A stretch of DNA of 64,000 bases from a virus (lineage: Duplodnaviria; Caudoviricetes): positions 1,376 to 65,375 of IMG/VR virus record IMGVR_UViG_2934319770_000001; one strand, written 5' to 3'. Of the stretch, positions 29,666-38,563 are shown piece by piece (the first letter of the stretch is position 1; each line of letters opens with the position of its first letter). The notes beneath the pieces were generated by a model. The model saw only the letters and a program-made list of their open reading frames with translations, did no database searches and was not told where the DNA came from. Both the position numbers and the translations under genes were made by a program.

Positions 29666-30457
29666 TCAGGCGGGGATGATCACGGTGACGGTGCCGTCGG
29701 ACCTCTTGGCCTTGAGGGCGCCGCCTTGGGCGAAGAGGGCGTAGCCGGTGGCGGGGGCTGGGGGTTCGGTTCCGTCGGGTACGAGCTGCTGGTCGCAGTA
29801 CGCCTTGCGGACGGCCTGGTTGCCGAAGGCGGGGTCGAAGCCGGGGAGGACGGGGATGGCGGAGTTGAACGTCTTCTCGCCGTTGATGACCTGGTTTCCC
29901 GTGAGGGCGACGTACTTGGTGGCGGCGTCGGCGCGGTCGCCGTGCGGGTCGGTCGCGGCGACGTGGGCGGTGATGGCCGCGTCGGTGTACGCCTGGGCGT
30001 TCGCCTCGGAGCCGGGCGGTCCCTGTGGCCCGGTGGGTCCGGCTGGTCCTTGGGGGCCGGCGGGTCCGGTTGGTCCGGCGGGGCCGGTGACGATGACGTA
30101 CTGGCCGGCGGCCGGGGCGGTGGGGGCGATGTCGGCGAGCTGCACCGTGCCCGTAGCCGCCTTGAGGAGGACGGGGTAGGTGCGGGCGGGCGCGTCGTAG
30201 GGGCGCTCCGTCACCCGGTACGTCCAGCCGGTGGGGGTGCATCCGGCGGCGTCGCACGCGAGGACGGTGAGACTGAGCGTGCCGTTGATCCATTCGGCGG
30301 TGGCTTCGCCCATGACGATGACGCCGTGCTCGGCGGAGGTGACGACCGGGATTTCGGGGGTGAGGGTGATCCGGCCGCGCATGGGGCCGCCGTCGGGGTG
30401 GGTGCGGGTGTCGGTGATGGTGACGGTTTGGAGCCCGGGAGGGAGCGGCATCGTCAC
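29666..30457 (-). CDS. Collagen-repeat virion protein
   Basis: (GPx)n run GPAGPTGPAGPQGPAGPTGPQGPPG; H..ATDPHG. Confidence 0.75.
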   Translation of the reverse strand: MTMPLPPGLQTVTITDTRTHPDGGPMRGRITLTPEIPVVTSAEHGVIVMGEATAEWINGTLSLTVLACDAAGCTPTGWTYRVTERPYDAPARTYPVLLKAATGTVQLADIAPTAPAAGQYVIVTGPAGPTGPAGPQGPAGPTGPQGPPGSEANAQAYTDAAITAHVAATDPHGDRADAATKYVALTGNQVINGEKTFNSAIPVLPGFDPAFGNQAVRKAYCDQQLVPDGTEPPAPATGYALFAQGGALKAKRSDGTVTVIIPA

Positions 30458-30512
30458 CTCCCCGAGGGTGTGGGCCCGCCCGGCCGGGGGTCCGCCGGGC
30501 GGGAGTTGGGGG

Positions 30513-30752
30513 TCAGGCTGCGGCCTGCTGCGCGGGGAGGGGCGGCGGCGGGCCGAGCGTGACGGTGCCGTCGGCGTCGACAGTGCGCTGCGGGAGTTCC
30601 GAGAGGTCGTAGCGGACGTTTCCTCGGCCGCGCCCGTGTCGGCGGATGCGGCCTTCGTGTGCCCAGCGGCGGATGGTCACGCCGGGGCGTCCGGTCCAGG
30701 CGGCGGCGTCCTGTTCGGTGACGAGGCACAGAGGTTCGGAGGGCATGGTCAC
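30513..30752 (-). CDS. Small MerR-like HTH DNA-binding protein
   Basis: LVTEQDAA.WTGRPGVTIRRWAHEGRI..YDL. Confidence 0.7.
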   Translation of the reverse strand: MTMPSEPLCLVTEQDAAAWTGRPGVTIRRWAHEGRIRRHGRGRGNVRYDLSELPQRTVDADGTVTLGPPPPLPAQQAAA

Positions 30753-30765
30753 CTCCTGATGTGCG

Positions 30766-30794
30766 AAAAGACCACCCGGGCGGGGTGGTCTTTT
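30766..30794. terminator. Bidirectional terminator-like hairpin
   Basis: AAAAGACCACCC-GGGCG-GGGTGGTCTTTT. Confidence 0.7.
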
Positions 30795-30860
30795 GGGTCA
30801 TACGTGTCCAGTTGAGCGAAGGTTACGTTCGCCCAGCTCAGTCCGTCAACTTCAGCCCCT

Positions 30861-31295
30861 TCACCGCTCGGCCAGGAGTAGAGCGAGGGGGCCGGCCGGG
30901 AGCAGGAATCGGCCTTCCCTGGCGGCGGCGATGGCGTCGGACATGGGCCACCAGGAGAGCTTGAAGTCCTGTTCGGTGGGGGTGAGCTGCTGGGGGCCGA
31001 GGGTCAGGTCGCGGGCTTCGAAGAGGTGGACGCGGGCGGTGGATTCCAGGGTGATGGCGTACGTGCCGAGGGGGCGCCACCTTCGGGCGGTGATGCCGGC
31101 CTCTTCTTGGAGCTCGCGTCGCGCGCACTCCTCGGGGCTTTCGCCGTCTTCGTGTCGTCCGCCGGGCAGGAAGAGGTACTGGCCGCCGTGGCGGGGGAAG
31201 TCGGCGTTGAGGATGGCGACGAGGCCCTGGTCGTCGCGGGCCACTACTACGGCGGCGTCGTTGGTCGGGGCCCTTCGGGACTCGTCATGGGCCAT
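30861..31295 (-). CDS. NUDIX hydrolase
   Basis: Nudix box LPGGRHEDGESPEECARRELQEEAG. Confidence 0.9.
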   Translation of the reverse strand: MAHDESRRAPTNDAAVVVARDDQGLVAILNADFPRHGGQYLFLPGGRHEDGESPEECARRELQEEAGITARRWRPLGTYAITLESTARVHLFEARDLTLGPQQLTPTEQDFKLSWWPMSDAIAAAREGRFLLPAGPLALLLAER

Positions 31296-31303
31296 TCCGG
31301 TCT

Positions 31304-32665
31304 CTAGGCGGGGACTGCGCCGGTGCGCACGGCGAATTCGCGGACGCCGGGGAGACGGACCGGTGCATAGACGAGGTCTGCGGTGAGGGCGCGCACGGAC
31401 GGGCGCCGGGCTTCCTCGGGGGCTTCGCGTTCGATGGAGCGCAGGGCGGCGTAGGTGCGCTGGTGGTTGCCCAGTTGGTGCCACATGCGGGCGGTGTCGG
31501 TGAAGTACCGGGCGCGGCGCTCGGCGGTCGGGAAGACGGCGGGGTTGATGCGCTGCATGGGGGCGACGCCGTCATCGGGGTGGCCGAGGGCGTTGAAGAT
31601 GGAGATGCGGAAGCCGTCGCACTGCGCTGGGGTGGCTTGGAGGGTGAGCCGTTGCCCGGCCGAGCGGTGGCGGTGGCCGATGTCTTCGGCTTGGTCAACG
31701 AGGTCGAGGGCCAGCGCGCGGTCGCCGGTGTGTGCGGCTGTGTAGCCGCCCGTCAGCAAGAGGGACGCCCGTACGCCCTGGGCTTCGGAGTCGGTGGCGT
31801 CGTCGAGCTGCGCGCAGGTGCGGGTGAGCAGGTCGAGGGCTGCGTGGTGGCGGCCGGCGTGGCGCATGGCGATCGACAGCATGCGGGCGGCCTCGCCGAG
31901 CGCGGGGGCTTGACCGGAGGCACGGGCGGCGGTCAGGGCGCGGTCGGCGGCCACCCAGCAGGTCTCCGAACGGTGTTTGATGGCGAGCTCGCAGGCCAGG
32001 GAGTAGGCGCGCGCCGCGACGGCGTGTGCCTCTTCGCGGGCGTGGCCGGTCAGGGTGCTGCGGGTGGCGTCGGCGGTGGCCAGGAGGGCGGGCAGGTGGG
32101 CGGCGAGGTGGTGGTACTCGGCGCGGCGGAAGTCCTCGCGAGCGCTGTCGAGGGCCATGGTGAGCCGGGCGACGGTGGAGGGCGCGGCCGGCGGCGGTTG
32201 GAAGAGTGCGGCTTCCAGGGCGGTGCCCGGGTCGGCGGCGCGTCGGGGGCCGGCGGTGGCTGTCCCGGTCAATGCGGCGGAGCCGATTCCGACCGCGCCG
32301 GTGAGAAAGTACCTGCGGCGCACCGCGTCCTCCTGCTGGCCCTCGACGTCGTCTCTCGCCACCGTAGCCGTCCGGGAGGGGGTTGTACGGGGGCTTGCGG
32401 GATCCGGGCCGACGGGTCCCCGTGGCGGGTGAGCCGCGGCGAGCAGTTCATCGGTTGGGATGCTCAGCGCGGCGGCGATCTGCAGCAGGACGGGCACGGG
32501 CGGGACGAGTTCGCCGGATTCGACGCGGCAGACCCAGGACGCTGAGTAGCCGAGTACCGCGCCCAGCCGGGCCTGGGTCATGCGCGGCCGCAGTGCGTGG
32601 CGGCGGCTGCGTACGAGTGCACCGATGTCGCGTGTGGGCGGGGCGGTGGTGGTCTGCATGAGCAC
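31304..32665 (-). CDS. XRE HTH regulator with TPR-like C-terminus
   Basis: MTQARLGAVLGYSASWVCRVESG; VRRR.FL linker; WVAADRA, PTAERRARY..ER.APEE. Confidence 0.85.
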   Translation of the reverse strand: MLMQTTTAPPTRDIGALVRSRRHALRPRMTQARLGAVLGYSASWVCRVESGELVPPVPVLLQIAAALSIPTDELLAAAHPPRGPVGPDPASPRTTPSRTATVARDDVEGQQEDAVRRRYFLTGAVGIGSAALTGTATAGPRRAADPGTALEAALFQPPPAAPSTVARLTMALDSAREDFRRAEYHHLAAHLPALLATADATRSTLTGHAREEAHAVAARAYSLACELAIKHRSETCWVAADRALTAARASGQAPALGEAARMLSIAMRHAGRHHAALDLLTRTCAQLDDATDSEAQGVRASLLLTGGYTAAHTGDRALALDLVDQAEDIGHRHRSAGQRLTLQATPAQCDGFRISIFNALGHPDDGVAPMQRINPAVFPTAERRARYFTDTARMWHQLGNHQRTYAALRSIEREAPEEARRPSVRALTADLVYAPVRLPGVREFAVRTGAVPA

Positions 32666-32844
32666 CTGCCTCCTGAGGGCCCGAGGGCGCCCATCACCGT
32701 ACTCGGGACCGGCTGCGGCGGTAGCCCGATTCGAGAAACTTGCATATCCCTCAAGCCAGTTGCGTACCCGGTGGTGGCCCCTACCCGGCGGCTGGTCGCG
32801 GGAGGAGTCTGGCGTCGTCGGACTCCCACCACACGGAGGTCAAC

Positions 32845-32979
32845 ATGGCGAACACCGAGAGCGTCACCACCGCGGCGGCCGGGCTGCTGCGGTCGAAGAA
32901 GCTGATCAGCGCGGCCCGGGGCCGCAACGCCGTTCCGTCGGACGGCGGCGGCACCGGCAAGAGCGACAGCAACGACTGA
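32845..32979 (+). CDS. Putative RiPP precursor peptide (44 aa)
   Basis: GGAGGT RBS; MANTESVTTAAAGLLRSKKLISAARGRNAVPSDGGGTGKSDSND; 17 nt before the oxygenase gene. Confidence 0.7.
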   Translation: MANTESVTTAAAGLLRSKKLISAARGRNAVPSDGGGTGKSDSND

Positions 32980-32996
32980 CCGGAGGAACCGTCGCG

Positions 32997-34172
32997 ATGA
33001 CGTCTGTGCGCATCGCGGAGCGCCTGGGCGAGGACTTCCTCGCCCAGGCGCTGCACCGCGACTACCGCCATGTGCCCGCCGCGATCGACCCGGCTGGGCT
33101 GTTGACATGGGACGACCTGAATTCCATCCTGGCCACTCACCGCCTGGACCCCCCGCGGCTGAGGCTGTCGCAGGACGGCGAGACGCTGCCGCAGCGCTCC
33201 TACAGCGAGCCGGTCACCACCCGCCGGCACACCGTATGGCACCGCCTCCACCCCGCCCTGCTGCACGCCCGCCTGGCCGAGGGCGCATCGCTCGCCCTGG
33301 ACCAGGCCGACGAGCTGCACCGGCCGGTCGCTGCGCTGGCGGAGGAGTTCGAACGGATCTTCCGCACCCGCTTCCAGGCCAACGTCTACGCCTCATGGAC
33401 AGCGCGGGAGGGCTTCGGCACGCACTGGGACGATCACGACGTTCTCGTGGCGCAGGTGGATGGGGCCAAGCGGTGGAAGATCTACGGCCCCACTCGTCCG
33501 CACCCGCTCTACCGTGACACCTGCGAACCGGAAGCGCCCCCGGCGGACCCGATCGCCGATCTCGTGCTGCGCCCCGGAGACCTGCTGTACGTGCCGCGCG
33601 GCTGGTGGCACGCGGTCACCGCCGACCAGGGCACGCCGTCCCTGCACGTGACCTACGGCTTCCAAACCCATACCCCCACCGACCTCCTGTCCTTCGTCTG
33701 CGAGCGCCTGCTTGGCCACGCGGAGTTCCGCGCCGACCTGCCGCTCGTGGCCGACCGGGAAGCCCAAACCGCCTTCGCCGCCCTTGTCAGCAAGATGGTG
33801 GAGGAACAGCTCGCGGATCCGGCGTTGCTGGCCAGGTACGCGGAGGCGATGGACGGCAGGGACACGGGCCGGATGACGCCGAGCCTGCCGCACCTGACGG
33901 CGGTACCGGCCGACCCGGACATCCGGGTACGGATGACCACCGCCCGCGCCGTTCTCACCACGACCGAGGACGGGGTGCACTTGGCGGCGGCCGGGCACCG
34001 CTACGAGTTCGCTCCGGCCGCCGGGCCCGCGCTCGACATGCTTGTCTTCGGCGGAGAGCACCGCGTCGGAGACCTCGCGCGGGCGGCCGGTATCACCACG
34101 GCCGAGGCGGCCGACCTGGTCCAGGTACTCGTCGACGGGCAGGCCGCCACGCTCACCCGGGCGGCACGGTGA
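32997..34172 (+). CDS. JmjC/Cupin_4 (YcfD/ROX-like) Fe(II)/2OG oxygenase
   Basis: NVYAS..GFGTHWDDHDV..Q..G.KRW..L.PGDLLYVPRGWWH..SLHVT. Confidence 0.88.
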   Translation: MTSVRIAERLGEDFLAQALHRDYRHVPAAIDPAGLLTWDDLNSILATHRLDPPRLRLSQDGETLPQRSYSEPVTTRRHTVWHRLHPALLHARLAEGASLALDQADELHRPVAALAEEFERIFRTRFQANVYASWTAREGFGTHWDDHDVLVAQVDGAKRWKIYGPTRPHPLYRDTCEPEAPPADPIADLVLRPGDLLYVPRGWWHAVTADQGTPSLHVTYGFQTHTPTDLLSFVCERLLGHAEFRADLPLVADREAQTAFAALVSKMVEEQLADPALLARYAEAMDGRDTGRMTPSLPHLTAVPADPDIRVRMTTARAVLTTTEDGVHLAAAGHRYEFAPAAGPALDMLVFGGEHRVGDLARAAGITTAEAADLVQVLVDGQAATLTRAAR

Positions 34173-35062
34173 GCGCCGTCCTGGGGCTGGGAACGTATCG
34201 CGTGCGCGCCGCCGACCAGGCGGCGCGCACCGCCGTCGAGGGCGGCGCCATGTGGGTGGACACTGCCCCGAACTACGGCGACGGCCGCACCCATGCCGCT
34301 CTCGCCCCGGTGCTCGCCGGCTACCCGAAGATCTACGTCGCGACGAAGACGGGTTTCCTGACTCCTGCCCAGCGGTGGGCCGCGGTCGCCGAAGGAGTCC
34401 TGAGCGATGCCCAGGCAGCGGCTGGGCACAGCCTTGACCCTGGCTTCGTGCGGTGGCAGACGCGCCGGTCGGTGGCCGACCTCGGTCGCGCTGACCTGAT
34501 GTTCGTGCACAACCCGGAACGCGCGGCGCGCCACCGCTCCTGGGTCCATGACCGCGTGCGCGAGGCGTTCGCGGCTCTAGAGGAGTGTGTCGACGCCGGA
34601 CTGATCCGCGGGTACGGCATTGCGACGTGGACCGGTTTCGACGCCGGTCTCTTCACCGTGCCCGAGCTGCTGGGCCTCGCCGCGGAGGCCGCCGGCGGCG
34701 ACCATCACCTCGCAGCGGTGCAACTGCCGGTGAGTCTGGCCATGGACACGCCGATCAAGCAGGCGCTCAAAGGCCGAGGCCCCCTAGCCGAAGCTCGCAA
34801 CACCGGCCTGCTGACCTTCGCCTCCGCCCCTCTGCACGGCGGCGAACTTCCAGACCTGGTGACGCCCGAACTCGCTGCGCTGATCCGGCCCGGCCTCTCC
34901 CCGGCCGCCGCATGCCTCCTGGCGGTCGCGTCAACTCCGTGCCTGGATGTCGTCCTGCTGTCCGCCAGCACTTCAGAGCACTGGGCCTCCGCGCAAGATG
35001 CCGTGGCTCTACCGTTGGGGGGCCGCCGACTTCAGGAGATCCTCGATGTACTCGCCGCCTGA
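34169..35062 (+). CDS. Aldo/keto reductase
   Basis: LGLGTY, VDTAPNYG, ATKTG, FVHNPE, GLIRGYGI, VQLP; GTGA coupling. Confidence 0.88.
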   Translation: MSAVLGLGTYRVRAADQAARTAVEGGAMWVDTAPNYGDGRTHAALAPVLAGYPKIYVATKTGFLTPAQRWAAVAEGVLSDAQAAAGHSLDPGFVRWQTRRSVADLGRADLMFVHNPERAARHRSWVHDRVREAFAALEECVDAGLIRGYGIATWTGFDAGLFTVPELLGLAAEAAGGDHHLAAVQLPVSLAMDTPIKQALKGRGPLAEARNTGLLTFASAPLHGGELPDLVTPELAALIRPGLSPAAACLLAVASTPCLDVVLLSASTSEHWASAQDAVALPLGGRRLQEILDVLAA

Positions 35063-35909
35063 CTCCTCGACCGCCGAGCGCATGCGTGCCGCACACCGCG
35101 ACGCCGCCGCAGCCCTGGGCGTCGACTGCGACGGCAAGGAGTTCTGGGGTTGGGCTGGACGCAGCCTCGGCCGGCCCGGGACCGCCGCTGGTGGCCGCCG
35201 GGTCTGGCTGCGGCTGGTCACCGCGCCCGCAGAGACGGCGTCGGGGAAGCTGTGGGAGGGCGCGGCAGCGGCGCAGCAAGCGTTCGCCGACCTCGGCGGG
35301 CGCCGCCCGCAGCTCCTCGCACTCCACGAGACGGTCGCGGACGGCGTGGCCTACCGGGCCGAGGTGAGCGAGTACGTCGACGATGCTGTCGTCTCTGCCG
35401 ACCCGGTTCTGCAAGGCCCGGTCCAGGTGCCGGGCGACTGGTGGGGTGACCTTCGGGACGCCCTGCGCACGGTCGCCGGTACGGACACGGACCGTGTCGC
35501 CGTTCGACGCGCGTACCTGGAACGTGCTATGCCCCAGTACCTCAAGGTCGAGGTCCCCGAGCACATCCGGTGGGCAACAGCCCATGGAGATCTCCACTGG
35601 GCGAACCTCACCGCTCCCCAACTACGCGTCTTGGACTGGGAAGGGTGGGGCCGGGCTCCGTACGGCTACGACGCGGCCACGCTCTACGCCTACAGCCTGA
35701 CGGACCCCGGTACCGCCGCCCGCGTCCGCACCGCATTCCCCGAACTCGGCACGCCCGACACGTGGGCGGGCGAGGCCGCGATCGCTGCGGAACTCCTACA
35801 GACCACGGCCCGGGGCGACAACCAGGCTCTTATCGGCCCGTTGGAGACCTGGGCGCGGCGTCTGCGAGCGACCGCTCAGCGCGTGAGCTCGTCTTCCCGG
35901 GCTTGCTAG
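35046..35909 (+). CDS. APH/choline-kinase-like phosphotransferase
   Basis: HGDLHWANL, LDWEGWG..YDAA. Confidence 0.85.
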   Translation: MYSPPDSSTAERMRAAHRDAAAALGVDCDGKEFWGWAGRSLGRPGTAAGGRRVWLRLVTAPAETASGKLWEGAAAAQQAFADLGGRRPQLLALHETVADGVAYRAEVSEYVDDAVVSADPVLQGPVQVPGDWWGDLRDALRTVAGTDTDRVAVRRAYLERAMPQYLKVEVPEHIRWATAHGDLHWANLTAPQLRVLDWEGWGRAPYGYDAATLYAYSLTDPGTAARVRTAFPELGTPDTWAGEAAIAAELLQTTARGDNQALIGPLETWARRLRATAQRVSSSSRAC

Positions 35910-35922
35910 GCCACCTGCGGCG

Positions 35923-36549
35923 TCAGGCGGCACTTCGGGCGGCGAGCGGCAGCCGCCGAAGCTCCTGGAACCCGAACTGCGCCCCGCAGGCGCACCGGCG
36001 ACCGGGGGTGGAGAGGGTGATGGTCAGGGTGGCGCCGCACGTCGAGCAGGACAGGCCGATGCGCCGCTCGGGCCGCTCGCCGGTGATGACGGCGGCGACT
36101 TGGCGGGCGGTGTGGTGGATCTCGGCGGCGAACTCGTCGGCCGCCGGATGCTCGTGGATGATCCACAGCAAGTTGCCGCGCAGGAACGCGACGGCGCCGT
36201 CGAGCTGTTGCTCGACGGTCCCTCGGAACGGCGTCGGGGCCATGCCGAGGTGGTCGCGGACGTCGCGTTCCCACGAGGTGACGATGCCCTCGATGCCGCC
36301 GCGGGCCCTCAGATCGAGGACGTCCAGGCGCACGGGGAGGGGCGCGGTGCGGGTGGCCGGCCGGGCGGTGTTGGTGCCGCCGGGCCGGCCGGGTGTGAGG
36401 TGGTCGGCGAGCTGCCGGTAGAGGGCCGGCAGGTCGGTGAGGGCGCGGTCGAGGCGCTGCCGGCAGTCGTCATGGAAGGCGGCGTGGGACGGTCGGCGGC
36501 ACAGGGAGCATGTGGGCCGGCTAATGGTGTCGGCGGGGTCGTCGTGCAC
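35923..36549 (-). CDS. Conserved actinophage Zn-binding protein (possible late activator)
   Basis: CSLC..C..L..LP.LY..L..P.P.RLDVLD; C-terminal CSTC..CACG. Confidence 0.65.
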   Translation of the reverse strand: MHDDPADTISRPTCSLCRRPSHAAFHDDCRQRLDRALTDLPALYRQLADHLTPGRPGGTNTARPATRTAPLPVRLDVLDLRARGGIEGIVTSWERDVRDHLGMAPTPFRGTVEQQLDGAVAFLRGNLLWIIHEHPAADEFAAEIHHTARQVAAVITGERPERRIGLSCSTCGATLTITLSTPGRRCACGAQFGFQELRRLPLAARSAA

Positions 36550-36697
36550 GGTGCGCCTCCCAGGTCTGTGGTGGTTCCAGTGTGCGTTAGGGGGTGTTGG
36601 GGTTTCGTGAGGCCGTGCACGAGCGGGTGCCCGACCACGGATCGGGCACCCGGTAGAGCGGCGGTAGCGCTGGTAGGGCTGTTGGTAGAGCCGCAGG

Positions 36698-37297
36698 TCA
36701 GGCGGCGGTAGGGGTGGTACCAGGGCTGGCCGGGGTTTCGGCCGGGGAGGTGGGCGGGAGGTCGGCCCGGTGCACGCCTGTGCGCACCGTTCCGCCGACC
36801 TTGACGGAGGGGCGGACGGGTATCCCGAGTCGGCGGCAGGCCGCCCCGATGTCCTCCACCCGCCATGTCGGGTGCATCCCGGCCTGGTGCAGGAGGGCGA
36901 GGAGGGTGGAGAGGTGGACGCCATTGCGGTCGCCGATCGCGTCCCGAACGAACTGCCGGAACGCCTCCTCGGCCGCGCCCTGGTCCACATCCGGCTCCGG
37001 CTCGGCTTCGGGTTCGATGGTGGCGGCCTCTGGCAGCGGAGCGGACCTCCATGCCGCCACGCACCACACGGACGCCAGCAGCCACAGGCAGGCGGGTGCC
37101 GCCCGGATCATCCTCAACAGCGCCCACCCGGCGGCGGCTAGCACCACCAGGCGGAGCCACGGGCCGAGGGCAGCCCGCCAGCCGGTGAGGTCGTGGCGGT
37201 AGCTGCGTCGGCACCACGCACCGCTGGCGTCGACCAGGCGGCAGACGAGGATGCGGTGGCCGGCTGCCAGGCGCTCGGCGGCGGCGCGTGGGTTCAC
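36698..37297 (-). CDS. Membrane protein with wHTH-like C-terminus (plasmid spread-like cluster)
   Basis: Two TM segments; GVHLSTLL..LGIPVR..V..GVHRADLP. Confidence 0.6.
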   Translation of the reverse strand: MNPRAAAERLAAGHRILVCRLVDASGAWCRRSYRHDLTGWRAALGPWLRLVVLAAAGWALLRMIRAAPACLWLLASVWCVAAWRSAPLPEAATIEPEAEPEPDVDQGAAEEAFRQFVRDAIGDRNGVHLSTLLALLHQAGMHPTWRVEDIGAACRRLGIPVRPSVKVGGTVRTGVHRADLPPTSPAETPASPGTTPTAA

Positions 37298-37806
37298 AGG
37301 ATCCCGGTCCCTTCGAGGGTGCCGCGCAGGCCGGCGCCGAGCCCGTTGACCGCGTCAGGGAGCCAAGCGAGGGCTCCGGCGACTCCGGCGGTGAGGGTGA
37401 CGGTGGAGCCGACGAACACCCCGCCCGCCATGCGCCGTTGGTCGGCCTTTCCGGCGGCCTTCCAGGCGGCTGCGGCTGCGACGGCCGCGAGGAAGACGAC
37501 CACGCCGCCCTCGGGGGTCAGGGATCCGATCGCCGAGTGCGCCAGGGCGGAACCGGGCTCCTTGCCGGTGGCGCCGGGGACGGCCCGGCCGCCGGCGGTG
37601 TTGGCGCCGGCCGCCGAGCAGCCGGCGAGCCAGCCGAGGAGTCCGCCGACGCACATGGTGGACACGGCGCCGAGCAGGAACATCCCGCCGAACGGCGCCA
37701 GGTCCTTGATCTTCCGTCCGCTCTTCCACCAGGGGCGGAGGTTGAGGTAGGCGATGGCGAGGCTGACGGCGGCCCCGGCGAGGGTGAGGCGGTTACTGGT
37801 GGTCAT
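37294..37806 (-). CDS. Integral membrane protein
   Basis: Several hydrophobic segments; translationally coupled. Confidence 0.65.
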   Translation of the reverse strand: MTTSNRLTLAGAAVSLAIAYLNLRPWWKSGRKIKDLAPFGGMFLLGAVSTMCVGGLLGWLAGCSAAGANTAGGRAVPGATGKEPGSALAHSAIGSLTPEGGVVVFLAAVAAAAAWKAAGKADQRRMAGGVFVGSTVTLTAGVAGALAWLPDAVNGLGAGLRGTLEGTGIL

Positions 37807-38405
37807 CGCGGGTGGACTCCGGTGAGCACGGTGACGGGGTCGTAGAGGCTGGCGGCGCCGAGCGCGCCGACCAGGGTGGTGATCAGGGCGGCTCGGGTGA
37901 GGAGCTGCCGGATGCCGGGAGTGTCCCGGCGGCGGCGCTCTTGGAGGACGGCGAGTCCGAGGGCGCCGAGGCCGAGGCCGTAGGCCCAGGGAATGCCGAT
38001 GTCGCGGGCTTGGTGGACGGTGTAGGCCCAGGTGGTGGCGACGCTGTAGCCGGTCCACGGGATCGGTGCCAAGGTCAGGAGCCCGGCGAGCACGGTCTGG
38101 ACGGGGCGGACGTACGGCCAGAGCCAGTCCCACCGCATCCGCGGTGGCTCCTCGGGCGGCGGCACGACGAGGTCGACGGTGACCCGGACTTCCAGCGGGC
38201 CAGGCGGCGGGCTCGGCGGCGGGTCGGCGAACGGTGGCAGCCATCCGGCCGGCGGTGCGGGCGGTCCGGGCGGGCCCGCGGGTGCGGCGGTGCGCCAGGG
38301 CGGCAGGTCGGTGGAGCCGGCCGGGGCGGGCGGCAGGGGCGGCGCGGCGGGTGGGAGGGGCTGGTCGGCGGGGATGATGCGGGTGGGGATGATCGGATCG
38401 GTCAT
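37803..38405 (-). CDS. Pro-rich membrane protein
   Basis: PIIPTRIIPA, Pro-rich N-terminus, three TM segments. Confidence 0.65.
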   Translation of the reverse strand: MTDPIIPTRIIPADQPLPPAAPPLPPAPAGSTDLPPWRTAAPAGPPGPPAPPAGWLPPFADPPPSPPPGPLEVRVTVDLVVPPPEEPPRMRWDWLWPYVRPVQTVLAGLLTLAPIPWTGYSVATTWAYTVHQARDIGIPWAYGLGLGALGLAVLQERRRRDTPGIRQLLTRAALITTLVGALGAASLYDPVTVLTGVHPR

Positions 38406-38413
38406 CAGGGGCC

Positions 38414-38563
38414 TCACGGGTGGATGAGCGCGGCGAGCGTGACGACGGCGACCGCCAAGAGCGCGGGGAGCACGGCGCGTTCGGAGACGCGGAGCAGGCA
38501 CAGCAGCAGGGCGATGCCGGCGAGGAGGGCGTGGATGGGCCAGAGGCAGGCGAGGACGGTCAT
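38414..38563 (-). CDS. Small two-TM protein
   Basis: MTVLACLWPIHALLAGIALLLCLL. Confidence 0.5.
   Translation of the reverse strand: MTVLACLWPIHALLAGIALLLCLLRVSERAVLPALLAVAVVTLAALIHP

Noticed and set aside
28272-30293. 673-aa minus-strand ORF
   Set aside because: Out-of-frame overlap of the collagen, HNH and terS genes, with no protein-like composition.
32941-32964. P-loop-like GGGTGKS in the precursor peptide
   Set aside because: Spacing does not match GxxxxGKS and there is no NTPase fold in 44 aa, so it is probably coincidental.
35046-35909. Aminoglycoside resistance gene
   Set aside because: APH-like motifs are shared across a broad kinase superfamily, and coupling to the JmjC and AKR genes favours a pathway role.
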